From a bacterium (GTDB lineage Bacteria; UBA8248): 64,000 nt of DNA. Made by a program: the position numbers and the translations under genes. Below, piece after piece: positions 1 to 8,169 of this stretch. The first letter of the stretch is position 1, and every line of letters begins with the position of its first letter. Below the pieces are notes generated by a model, which worked only from the letters and a program-made list of their open reading frames with translations, was not told where the DNA came from and made no database searches. The stretch is from the NCBI GenBank assembly GCA_965213625.1, contig CBDBZU010000004.1:1024001-1088000 (forward strand). Direction: 5' to 3'.

Positions 1-624
1 TATTCGCTGGAAGAGGAAAAGGTGGCGGCGAGCAGAAAGCGCGTGCTCGACACCGCGCGCGCCCTGGCGAAGTGCGGGGGTGACGGCGCGTGTTTTCACC
101 CCGGCTTCTACCAGAAACGAGACCCGAAAGAGGTCTACGACTTCATCTGCAACCAGATAGGAGAGCTCGCCGACATTCTGGAGGATGAGGGTTGTCCGGT
201 GCGTCTCGACCCGGAGACGACGGGTAAGGGCACGCAGTTCGGCTCGCTCGAGGAAATCGCCGATATGGGCGGCGATCTCAAGGGCAAGAACATCGGCTTC
301 ACGATAGATTTTGCGCACATTCACGCGCGCTCGGCGGGAGCGCACAACACGTATGACGAGTTCGGCGCGCAACTCGAACTCCTCAAGAACAGGATGGGCG
401 ACGACGTTCTCAAGACCATGCACATCCACCTCTCGGGCATCGCGTATTCTGACAAGGGCGAGGCGCATCATCTCGAACTCGACGAGTCGGACATGAATTA
501 CAAGGACCTCTTCCGCGCGCTCATCGATTTCGGCGCCGAGGGCCGGGTGGTGTGCGAGAGCCCGGCGCTCGAATACGACGCGCTCATCATGCAGAAAGCA
601 TACAGAAAGCTGAACGGCGGCTAG
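1..624 (+). CDS. nfo: Endonuclease IV-like / AP endonuclease family 2 TIM-barrel protein, 5'-truncated by the window edge
   Basis: Frame +1 is open from base 1; motifs FHPG, PETTGKGTQFGSLEE, IDFAHIHAR, HIHLSGI..GEAHH, CESP. Confidence 0.7.
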   Translation, partial: YSLEEEKVAASRKRVLDTARALAKCGGDGACFHPGFYQKRDPKEVYDFICNQIGELADILEDEGCPVRLDPETTGKGTQFGSLEEIADMGGDLKGKNIGFTIDFAHIHARSAGAHNTYDEFGAQLELLKNRMGDDVLKTMHIHLSGIAYSDKGEAHHLELDESDMNYKDLFRALIDFGAEGRVVCESPALEYDALIMQKAYRKLNGG

Positions 625-677
625 CCCGCTCGATGAGAATTCCCCACTAAAAACCGGTTCTACGAAGGAGCAAGATA

Positions 678-2048
678 ATGACGATTGTGGAACAGATTGC
701 GGCGTTCGCCGCGAACAGCAGTTTCGATGATCTCTCCGAAGAGATGCGTGGGCAGGTAAAAATGCTCATGGTCGACACCATCGGCTGCGCCATCGGTTCG
801 CTGGGCGAAGGCCCCATGCGCCACCTGCGCGAGCAGGCGGATGATTTCGGAGGCGCTGCGCACTGCACGCTCATCGGCGGCGGCAAGAGCGCGCCCGACG
901 CCGCCGCGTTCTACAACACCTCACTCATCCGCTATCTCGATTTCAACGACGGATTCATGGGCAACCTCGCCACCTCGCACCCGAGCGACAACACGGGCGC
1001 CGTGATGGCGGCGGCCGAATACGCCGACGCGAGCGGAGCGGAGTTCATGACGGCGCTTGCGCTCTCGTACGAGGTGCAGTGCCGCCTTTGCGACAGCGCG
1101 CCCTATGAGAAAAGAGGCTTCGACCAGCCCATGGCGGGGGCATACGCCGTGGCGGCGGGAACATCGCGCGCCCTGGGGCTGGATGCCGAGAAGACGGCCA
1201 ATGCGGTCGCGATCAGCGGCGTGCGCCAGAACCCCCTGCTCATCACGCGCACGGGCGAACTCTCCCACTGGAAGGGCTTCGCCTATGCGGCTGGCTGCCA
1301 CAGCGGGGTGCACTCGACGTTTCTGGCCATGCGCGGGGTGACGGGGCCGCTCAAGTTGATAGAAGGCCCTCTGGGTGTTTTCGAGTCCGTGACGGGCGAG
1401 TTCGAGGTCGACTGGTCGGATACTTCTTTGAGCAAGATGCTCGAAATAAGCGTGAAGCGCTACAACGCGGGCCTCCATTCCCAGACGGCCATCGAGGGCG
1501 TCATCGACATGAAACGCGAGCATGGCTTCAGTCCAGAGGATATCGAAGACATCGAGATCGGCATCTATGAGCGCGCCTATTTCATCATGGGCGAGGGCAA
1601 GGCGGGCGCGCGCGAGCACGTGCTGAACAAGGAGACGGCGGACCACAGCCTCCCCTACGTGCTCTCCGCCGCCATCATCGACGAGCAGGTCCTGCCCGCC
1701 CAGTACGAGGAAGCGAGAATCCGCTCGGACGACGTGCAGGCGCTGCTCAAGAAGGTGCGCACCACCAACTCCGATGAGATGACGGCCAGGTATCCCGCGC
1801 AGTCGCCCGTGCTCATCACCATCACGCTCAAGAACGGCGCCGTCCACAAGATGGACAAGCCCACCTGGGAGGGGCATTTCTCCACGCCGATGAGCTGGGC
1901 GACGGTGAACGAGAAGTTCGAGGCGTTGAGCGAAGCGCACACGGACGCCTCCTTGCGCGGTGAGATTGTGGACGCCGTATCGAGGCTCGACTCGATCCGG
2001 ATCAAGGAGCTGGCCGCACTGCTCGAGCGGGTGAACACGCCGAGGTAG
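678..2048 (+). CDS. MmgE/PrpD family protein (2-methylcitrate dehydratase-like)
   Basis: RYLDFND, HPSDN, SHWKG and ETADHSLPY motifs; RBS AAGGAG. Confidence 0.85.
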   Translation: MTIVEQIAAFAANSSFDDLSEEMRGQVKMLMVDTIGCAIGSLGEGPMRHLREQADDFGGAAHCTLIGGGKSAPDAAAFYNTSLIRYLDFNDGFMGNLATSHPSDNTGAVMAAAEYADASGAEFMTALALSYEVQCRLCDSAPYEKRGFDQPMAGAYAVAAGTSRALGLDAEKTANAVAISGVRQNPLLITRTGELSHWKGFAYAAGCHSGVHSTFLAMRGVTGPLKLIEGPLGVFESVTGEFEVDWSDTSLSKMLEISVKRYNAGLHSQTAIEGVIDMKREHGFSPEDIEDIEIGIYERAYFIMGEGKAGAREHVLNKETADHSLPYVLSAAIIDEQVLPAQYEEARIRSDDVQALLKKVRTTNSDEMTARYPAQSPVLITITLKNGAVHKMDKPTWEGHFSTPMSWATVNEKFEALSEAHTDASLRGEIVDAVSRLDSIRIKELAALLERVNTPR

Positions 2049-2133
2049 CGCAAAACTCCCACGGGAACGATATTGATAATAACGCGCGCCCAGAAGCCCG
2101 GGCGGCGCACAACGGCTTCAAGGGAGACTCAAG

Positions 2134-2379
2134 ATGTCCGATAAGGAAGTGACGGTCTATTCGTCCACGTTCTGAGCGCCGTGCAAGGCGGTGAAAGAGT
2201 TTCTTTCCCATCATGGCGTGGCGTACACGGAAAAACTCGTCGATCAGGACGAAGCAGCTCTGGAGGAACTCTTCCAGAGAGCGGAGATGCGGGCCACGCC
2301 CGTGATTTTCATCGGCGAGGAGAAGGTGGTCGGCTTCGACAGGGCGAAGCTCCAGGCGCTTTTGGGGCTCGCCGCGTGA
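2134..2379 (+). CDS. Glutaredoxin/NrdH-redoxin-like selenoprotein (UxxC active site)
   Basis: ATG 2134 after RBS GGGAG gives MSDKEVTVYSSTF-U(TGA 2173-2175)-APCKAVKEFLSHHGVAYTE...ATPVIFIGEEKVVGFD; TGA occupies the first Cys of CxxC; hairpin GAAAGA-GTT-TCTTTC downstream. Confidence 0.88.
2176..2215 (+). promoter_or_regulatory. Candidate bacterial SECIS element for the glutaredoxin Sec codon
   Basis: Stem GAAAGA(2193-2198)/TCTTTC(2202-2207) with a G-initiated loop about 23 nt after UGA. Confidence 0.55.
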
Positions 2380-2675
2380 GCGAGAGGCGAAAGACGCTTC
2401 CCTGCCACGGCTGAGGGCAGCGCATACCCGTCCCGTGGGACGCGAAGCCGCGCGACCTCATCGATTGCGGCAACTGAGCGGGGGTCAGGTTTCGCCTGGG
2501 CCGGGCGGAGGGGACGGAGGTGCTCACCGTCGTACAAATGGTCTCATGCCCTGTTTGCGGCGAGCGCATCCCGGTGGATGGGGATACCTCCGCAGGAACA
2601 ATCGTGGAGCACGACGGAAAAAGGCTTTGCCTGGAGAAGGAATTCGGCGCGTTCGTTCTGGAACCTGCGGAATAG
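2376..2675 (+). CDS. Small LysW-like zinc-ribbon repeat protein with two predicted selenocysteines (CHGU...CGNU, then CPVC)
   Basis: GTG start overlaps the grx stop (GTGA); MSERRKTLPCHG-U-GQRIPVPWDAKPRDLIDCGN-U-AGVRFRL...VSCPVCGERIPVDGDTSAGTIVEHDGKRLCLEKEFGAFVLEPAE*; TGAs at 2412 and 2475. Confidence 0.78.
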
Positions 2676-2701
2676 GGGCTATTGATAAACCCCTTGCGGG
2701 G

Positions 2702-2730
2702 TTGGCACGGGGTGGGGCGGGTGTTAGAAT
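2702..2730 (+). promoter_or_regulatory. Sigma70-like promoter of trxB
   Basis: TTGGCA-N17-TAGAAT with extended -10 TG. Confidence 0.55.
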
Positions 2731-2804
2731 CTGCGCGGTTTTTTGGGCACGATCAATCGGCATCACTTCTTTTCGTCGCCTTTCCTTAGTTCTGGAGATT
2801 CGTA

Positions 2805-3761
2805 GTGGCTGAGCGGGATTTCGACATCATCATCATCGGAGCGGGACCGGCCGGACTGACGGCGGGGCTTTACACGGCGCGCTCGAAGCTGAACGTGGTC
2901 TGCTATGAAAAGCTCGCGCCCGGCGGCGAGATTCTCAACACCGAGCACGTGGAAGACTACCCGGGCTTCGAACTGGTCGGCGGCCAGGAATTGGCGGCCA
3001 AGTTCACCGATCACGCCATGAAATTCGGCCTCAATATAGAGATGGAAGAAGTATCCGAAGTCCGCAAGGACGGGGATGATTTCGTCGTCGTCACCGATAT
3101 GGGCGAGCGCCGCTGCGGCGCCGTGATCTACACGCCCGGCGGTTATCCGAAAAAACTCGGCATTCCGGGCGAGGAGAAATACGCCGGCAAGGGCGTGAGC
3201 TACTGCGCGCTGTGCGACGGCGCGTTCTTCCAGGACGAGGTCATCACCGTAATCGGCGGCGGGAACAGCGCCGTGGAAGAGGGGCAGTTCCTCACGAAGT
3301 TCGGCACGAAGGTCTACATCATCCATCGCCGCGATCAGTTCCGCGCCCATGCGGTGCTGGTGGACAAGATTCGCGAGAACCCGAAAGTGGAGATCATCAC
3401 CGATTTCGTACCCGAAGAAGTGGTGGGCGACGACCGGGAGATGAAGAAGCTTCGCATCAAAAACGTGAAGACGGACGAGACGCAGGAGATCGATGCCACG
3501 GGCCTGTTCGTCTTCATCGGTTTTATTCCGAACACGGATTTGATAAAAGATCACGTAGAAAAAGACGACGCAGGCTTCATCTTGACGGACCAGAACATGG
3601 AGACGAACGTTCCGGGCCTGTTCGTGGCCGGTGATTGCAGAAGCCAGCTGATTCGCCAGATTACCAACGCGTCGGGCGATGCGACGACGGCGGCGGTGGC
3701 GGCCGAGAAATATCTCGAAGCCCAGGAAGAGGCCAAGAAGGCCGCGGCAGCGGCTTCCTAG
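2805..3761 (+). CDS. trxB: Thioredoxin-disulfide reductase
   Basis: GAGPAG, GKGVSYCALCDG, GGGNSAVEE, HRRDQFRA and GLFVAGD motifs. Confidence 0.93.
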   Translation: MAERDFDIIIIGAGPAGLTAGLYTARSKLNVVCYEKLAPGGEILNTEHVEDYPGFELVGGQELAAKFTDHAMKFGLNIEMEEVSEVRKDGDDFVVVTDMGERRCGAVIYTPGGYPKKLGIPGEEKYAGKGVSYCALCDGAFFQDEVITVIGGGNSAVEEGQFLTKFGTKVYIIHRRDQFRAHAVLVDKIRENPKVEIITDFVPEEVVGDDREMKKLRIKNVKTDETQEIDATGLFVFIGFIPNTDLIKDHVEKDDAGFILTDQNMETNVPGLFVAGDCRSQLIRQITNASGDATTAAVAAEKYLEAQEEAKKAAAAAS

Positions 3762-3783
3762 AGCACAAGGCGAGGAGAGGGAA

Positions 3784-4332
3784 ATGGGGTTCACCAGGGG
3801 GATTCAGAAGTTCTTTCTCTGGGATATCGTGAAGGGCATGTCCGCCACGCTGCGGCATATGTTCAAGAAGCCCGTCACGCTTCAATACCCGACGGAGCGC
3901 TGGGAGCCGCCCGAGCGTTTTCGCGGATTTCTGGGTCTCACGCGCGATTTCAAGACGGGCGAGGAGCTTTGCATCGGCTGCCTGAACTGCGAGAAGGCCT
4001 GTCCGGTGGACTGCATCACCATCGTCACGGCGGGCAAGGGCCGCGAGATGTACGCCAAGGAATTCTATATCGACTACATGCGGTGCATGTACTGCGGGCT
4101 TTGCACCGAGGCGTGCCCCACGACGCCCAAATCCATCGTTCATACCCATCAGTACGAGACGCCCGGCTATTTCCGGGAAGATCTCGTGTATGAAAAAGAA
4201 CGCCTCTACGACGTCTGGGAAAAAGAGGTGAACTACACCGGCCCCAGGCCCTGGGGCAAGCTGTTCGGCCTCAGGAACGAAGAGGCGGACATGCGGCCTG
4301 AAGCTCCTGCCGAGACGGCGCCCGCCGAATAG
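3784..4332 (+). CDS. nuoI: NADH-quinone oxidoreductase subunit I-like 2x[4Fe-4S] protein (stand-alone)
   Basis: VTLQYP..RFRG, CIGCLNCEKACP and CMYCGLCTEACP; ATG 3784 after RBS GAGG. Confidence 0.85.
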   Translation: MGFTRGIQKFFLWDIVKGMSATLRHMFKKPVTLQYPTERWEPPERFRGFLGLTRDFKTGEELCIGCLNCEKACPVDCITIVTAGKGREMYAKEFYIDYMRCMYCGLCTEACPTTPKSIVHTHQYETPGYFREDLVYEKERLYDVWEKEVNYTGPRPWGKLFGLRNEEADMRPEAPAETAPAE

Positions 4333-4357
4333 CGGGTCTCCCTGGCGGAATCCTCTT

Positions 4358-5530
4358 TTGAGTCTTTTCACCGCCGATTTCGACGATATCCGTTCGGGCA
4401 AAGTGACGGACGTCTATTTCGAACGGACCCTCAAGATTCTCGAAGCCAAAGGCATCAGAAAGAACGTGCGCGCGGAATTCGCGGCCAAGTCCCTCCCGGG
4501 CGGCTGGGGCGTGTTCACGGGCCTGGAGGAAATCCTGCGCCTGCTTGAAGGATTCCCCGTAGACGTTCGCGCCGTGCCCGAGGGGACGGTTTTCGGGCCC
4601 GCCCAGCCCGTTCTGGAAATTACGGGGACCTACAACGATTTCTGCAGGCTGGAGACGCCCATCCTGGGGCTGATGTGCCAGGCGAGCGGCGTCGCCACCA
4701 AGGCGGCGCGGTGTCGCATCGCCGCGGAGGGCAGGCAGCTCGTGAGCTTCGGCGCGCGGCGGATGCACCCCGCCATCGCGCCGATGGTCGAGCGCGCGGC
4801 CTACGTGGGCGGCTGCGACGGCGTGGCGCTGGTGAAGGGAGCGGAGCTTCTGGAAATTCCGGCGGCGGGCACGATGCCACACGCGCTGGTGATACTCATG
4901 GGCGGCCTCGTGCCTGCGGCGAAGGCGTTCGATGAGGTCATCGAGCCGGAGGTGGGCCGCGTAGCGCTGGTGGACACGTTCGCGGACGAGAGGTTCGAAA
5001 CCCTGGAGGCGGCGCGCGCGCTGACGGACAGGCTCTGGGCCGTACGGGTGGATACGCCGGCATCAAGGCGTGGGAACCTCTATGAGATTCTCGAGGAAAT
5101 CCGCTGGGAACTCGACCGGGCGGGTTTCCCGAACGTGAAGCTATTCGTGAGCGGGGGATTGAGCGAGGAGAAGATTCTGGAACTGAACCCCGTGGTGGAC
5201 GGCGGCTACGGGGTGGGCACTTCCGTCAGCGCGGCGGCCACTATCGATTTTTCGATGGACATCGTCGAGGTGGACGGCGAGGCTATCGCCAAGCGCGGCA
5301 AGCGCCCCGGCGCGAAGCACCTGCTGCGCTGCCGCGATTGCGGAAAGGAGCGCGTCATCCCCATCGACAAGCCCTACGGGGATTGCGCGTCGTGCGGCGG
5401 CGTAGTGGAGCAACTGCTCGCCGACGTAATGAAAGGCGGCGAGCGGATGGACGCTGCGCCTTCGGCGAAGGAGATCAGAAGCTACGTTTTACGCCAGATC
5501 CACCGGGTGAGCCTGGATTCATCCTCATGA
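4358..5530 (+). CDS. pncB: Nicotinate phosphoribosyltransferase with C-terminal zinc ribbon
   Basis: TDVYF, SFGARR, GTMPHAL, VDTF, VRVDT and SGG motifs; CRDC...CASC tail. Confidence 0.88.
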   Translation: MSLFTADFDDIRSGKVTDVYFERTLKILEAKGIRKNVRAEFAAKSLPGGWGVFTGLEEILRLLEGFPVDVRAVPEGTVFGPAQPVLEITGTYNDFCRLETPILGLMCQASGVATKAARCRIAAEGRQLVSFGARRMHPAIAPMVERAAYVGGCDGVALVKGAELLEIPAAGTMPHALVILMGGLVPAAKAFDEVIEPEVGRVALVDTFADERFETLEAARALTDRLWAVRVDTPASRRGNLYEILEEIRWELDRAGFPNVKLFVSGGLSEEKILELNPVVDGGYGVGTSVSAAATIDFSMDIVEVDGEAIAKRGKRPGAKHLLRCRDCGKERVIPIDKPYGDCASCGGVVEQLLADVMKGGERMDAAPSAKEIRSYVLRQIHRVSLDSSS

Positions 5531-5543
5531 GCGCAGAAAAAGC

Positions 5544-6575
5544 ATGAGTATGGAGCAAACGCAGAAACCGAGCCGCTTTCAGCCTCTAAGAAAATTCCTC
5601 GCACAACACGAGCGCTTCTTGCTTCTCACCCACATCGGACCGGACGGCGACGGCCTCCTCGCGTGCGTCGCGCTGAGCCGCTACCTGAAGTCGATCGGCA
5701 AACACGCCACTGCCGTCACCGAGGACAAGGCGCCCGTATTCGTCGCGCCCTTCGATCCGGAAGGCCTCGTGCGCTCAAGAAAGGATCTCCTCGCACAAGA
5801 GGACTGGGCGGCGCGCTTCGATGCGTGTCTTATCCTCGACACGGGAAAGGCGAGCCGTCTGGGCAGGCTCGAGGAGCCTCTTATGGCCAGCGGACTTCCC
5901 ATGGCCGTCGTGGATCACCACATTAAAGAGGAAGACAACATCGATTGCCCCTCCGTCATCGACGCGCAAGCCGCCGCGGTGGGCGAGATGATCGCGGATT
6001 ACCTGGACGAGGAGGGCTACGCGTTCGACGACCCGCTCATCACCCGCTCTCTCATGGCGGCCCTCGTCTACGACACGGGGCAGTTCCGCTTCACGAACAC
6101 GTCGAAGCGCACGCTGAACTGGGCGGCGCGCCTGGTGGAACTCGGCGCAAGCCCCGGAGAGGCCTACTCGATCTTCTGGGAATCGAACGGCGCGGGATCG
6201 GTGAAGCTGCTGGGCACGCTGATGAGCCGCATGACGCTCGAGTGCGGGGGACGCCTCGCCTGGTTCACCCTGAGCGCACAGGAACTCGACCGCTTCAGGG
6301 TCTCGCGAGACGAGACGGAGGAATATATTTCGGTTCCCCGCTCGATAGAGTCCGTCGAGGTCATCGCCTTTTTGTCCGAACTCGAGAACGGGCGAATCCG
6401 CGTGAGCCTGCGCTCGAAGGGCCGGGTGGAGATTCATGACGTGGCGCGTATGTTCGGCGGCGGCGGCCACGCCTTCGCCGCAGGCGCGCGCATGCGTCCC
6501 CCCCTCGAAGAGGCGGCGAAGCTCATCACCACCGAACTCGCAAAAAAAATCAGAACCTTCCTGGGGCCCGACTAG
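5544..6575 (+). CDS. nrnA: DHH/DHHA1 phosphoesterase (NrnA-like oligoribonuclease/PAP phosphatase)
   Basis: HIGPDGD, DHH, DTGQF, SLRS and GGGH..AAG motifs. Confidence 0.85.
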   Translation: MSMEQTQKPSRFQPLRKFLAQHERFLLLTHIGPDGDGLLACVALSRYLKSIGKHATAVTEDKAPVFVAPFDPEGLVRSRKDLLAQEDWAARFDACLILDTGKASRLGRLEEPLMASGLPMAVVDHHIKEEDNIDCPSVIDAQAAAVGEMIADYLDEEGYAFDDPLITRSLMAALVYDTGQFRFTNTSKRTLNWAARLVELGASPGEAYSIFWESNGAGSVKLLGTLMSRMTLECGGRLAWFTLSAQELDRFRVSRDETEEYISVPRSIESVEVIAFLSELENGRIRVSLRSKGRVEIHDVARMFGGGGHAFAAGARMRPPLEEAAKLITTELAKKIRTFLGPD

Positions 6576-6581
6576 CGGCGC

Positions 6582-6959
6582 CTAGACGCCGAACTCCTTG
6601 AACACTTGCAGCGACACGTCCGTCGCGCCTACGGCGTTGGGTGCGCCCGCATAGATTGCGCACACCATGATAATCTCCTGAATTTCTTCTTTCGTCATTC
6701 CGATACGAAGCGCCGCCTTGGCGTGGTACCCGAACTCCCTGTCCCGGCCCAGGGCGCAAAGGACGGAGAGGATGACGGTTTCGCGCATCTTGTCGTCGAT
6801 GCCGTCTCGCGCGTAGAGATCGCCGTACACGGTTTCGGTGACGAACTGCGCGAATGCGGGGCTCGCCTCCGCGAATGCCTGGCGTCTATCTTCACCTTCT
6901 TCACCAAAAATTCTCGCGCGGGTTTTCAGTCCTCTCTCGAGGCGTGTTTCTTCGCTCAT
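6582..6959 (-). CDS. Carboxymuconolactone decarboxylase (CMD) family protein
   Basis: YGDLYARDGIDDKMRE, H..AALRIG.T.EEI and IYAGAP motifs. Confidence 0.8.
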   Translation of the reverse strand: MSEETRLERGLKTRARIFGEEGEDRRQAFAEASPAFAQFVTETVYGDLYARDGIDDKMRETVILSVLCALGRDREFGYHAKAALRIGMTKEEIQEIIMVCAIYAGAPNAVGATDVSLQVFKEFGV

Positions 6960-7119
6960 CAGATCGACCTCCTGTGTCGGGATGGGCGATGCGCCCATCC
7001 GGGATGAATGCGTGCGGGCCTTTCGGGGGCTCGCTGTTGGTTTTGCCGGGAAACTACATGGGGCTTATATTGAATAGCGTATGTAGGAGCGCATTTCCAC
7101 GCCATCAGGGAGATTCGAC

Positions 7120-7371
7120 GTGAAACTGGACGCCGTGAAGTTCGGCCTGGCCGCCGGAATCATCTACGGGGCCATGTTTTTTCTCTACGCCCTTCTGGGC
7201 GCGCTGTTTGGCGTGGGCGGAGAGATGCTGAGGATGATAGGCGATTTCTACCCGGGCGTTTCCCCCACCTACCCGGGCGCGATAATCGGCGCGGCCTGGG
7301 GGTTCGCGATAGGGTTTTTCTTCTTCACGATTCTGGCGTGGATATACAACCGCCTTCTGGGAGAGGGGTAG
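7120..7371 (+). CDS. Small two-TM membrane protein (family sometimes labelled holin-like)
   Basis: 83 hydrophobic aa; FYPGVSPTYPGAIIGAAWGF...AWIYNRL pattern. Confidence 0.6.
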   Translation: MKLDAVKFGLAAGIIYGAMFFLYALLGALFGVGGEMLRMIGDFYPGVSPTYPGAIIGAAWGFAIGFFFFTILAWIYNRLLGEG

Positions 7372-7384
7372 GCGATTCCTGGCC

Positions 7385-7715
7385 GGGTTGTTGGAAGAGT
7401 CCCGGCTTCGTGATCTGGTGTTTGGAGCCAACGTGGGAGGATAGTCCGTAGGGACAGGTCGCGACCTGTCCCTACATTGTCCCTACATTCTTCTTTTTCG
7501 ACCAAACAAAGGCATCGTCATTCCGGCGAAAACCGTACCGATAGCAGACGGACAGGCCATTGGCCTGTCTGTGGTCCCCGTGTTTTTGTAGGTAGCGCTC
7601 CCTTCTTGGAAGCGCTACATATATGCGGGCCATAACGGGTGATGAAAAAAGCAGGGTCGCATATATGCGACCCCTACGGTGGATTTCCTAGGGAGGAGGG
7701 GTTTTCCAACAACCC
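7385..7715. repeat. REP/REPIN cluster bounded by IS1182-like inverted repeats (MITE-like)
   Basis: Ends GGGTTGTTGGAA / TTCCAACAACCC; internal perfect 28-bp palindrome GTAGGGACAGGTCGCGACCTGTCCCTAC (7448-7475), CGTCATTCCGGCG and GGGTCGCATATATGCGACCCCTAC. Confidence 0.7.
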
Positions 7716-7716
7716 C

Positions 7717-8169
7717 CTACCCCAGGGACTTGGCGAGGGCTTCCCCCTGCGCGCGCATCTCGGGCGTCATGGACTCGTTGTGGGGCAGGAACGCCATGGC
7801 GACGAAAATGTTCTCGACCCCGTCTCCCTTGGAGAGGTTGCGGTACAGCGGCTGGGGGTAGTAGTCGTTCATGGGCTCCGCGTGGCCGATGCGCTCCTCG
7901 TTTCTCGCGAAGTGATAGGCGACCACCGCCCTCGGGGGGACCCACCGCACGCGCTCCTCGCCCTCCGGGTCCACGTCGCGCACGAAGCCGCCGAAGCCTT
8001 TTGTGAACGAGTCGCCGAACACGAAGTGCGCTATCTGCGCCTCATCGCAGGTGTCCATCTCCGCGAGCTGGATGTAGAGGATTTCGTTCGGCTCATCCAC
8101 TCCGTCCAAAGGCAGTTCGGTTTTCCCGCACGCGGGGCAGATGAAGGTGACGTTTCCGTTTTCAGCCAT
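7717..8169 (-). CDS. Hypothetical protein with N-terminal CxxC
   Basis: 150-aa ORF with RBS GGAA and host-like codon usage; FICPACGK; no family recognised. Confidence 0.65.
   Translation of the reverse strand: MAENGNVTFICPACGKTELPLDGVDEPNEILYIQLAEMDTCDEAQIAHFVFGDSFTKGFGGFVRDVDPEGEERVRWVPPRAVVAYHFARNEERIGHAEPMNDYYPQPLYRNLSKGDGVENIFVAMAFLPHNESMTPEMRAQGEALAKSLG

Noticed and set aside
2134-2675. Pseudogene or alternative genetic code (TGA=Trp/Gly) explanation for the in-frame TGAs
   Set aside because: All three TGAs fall precisely on Cys positions of CxxC motifs, and many ordinary genes in the window end properly in TGA, so Sec is the more parsimonious reading
2377-2690. Readthrough of the glutaredoxin stop TGA (2377) into a fusion
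   Set aside because: The continuation in that frame is not protein-like; the Grx domain is complete and the GTGA overlap indicates a separate gene
2181-2812. ORF-track entries 2181-2414, 2435-2812 and 2524-2766
   Set aside because: Out-of-frame or antisense shadows of the two selenoprotein genes; only the 3' tail of 2181-2414 belongs to the real frame
7120-7371. Holin implying a prophage
   Set aside because: No endolysin or other phage genes nearby; treated as a generic small membrane protein
7448-7677. CRISPR array
   Set aside because: The palindromes are dispersed and heterogeneous with no regular repeat-spacer periodicity and no cas genes
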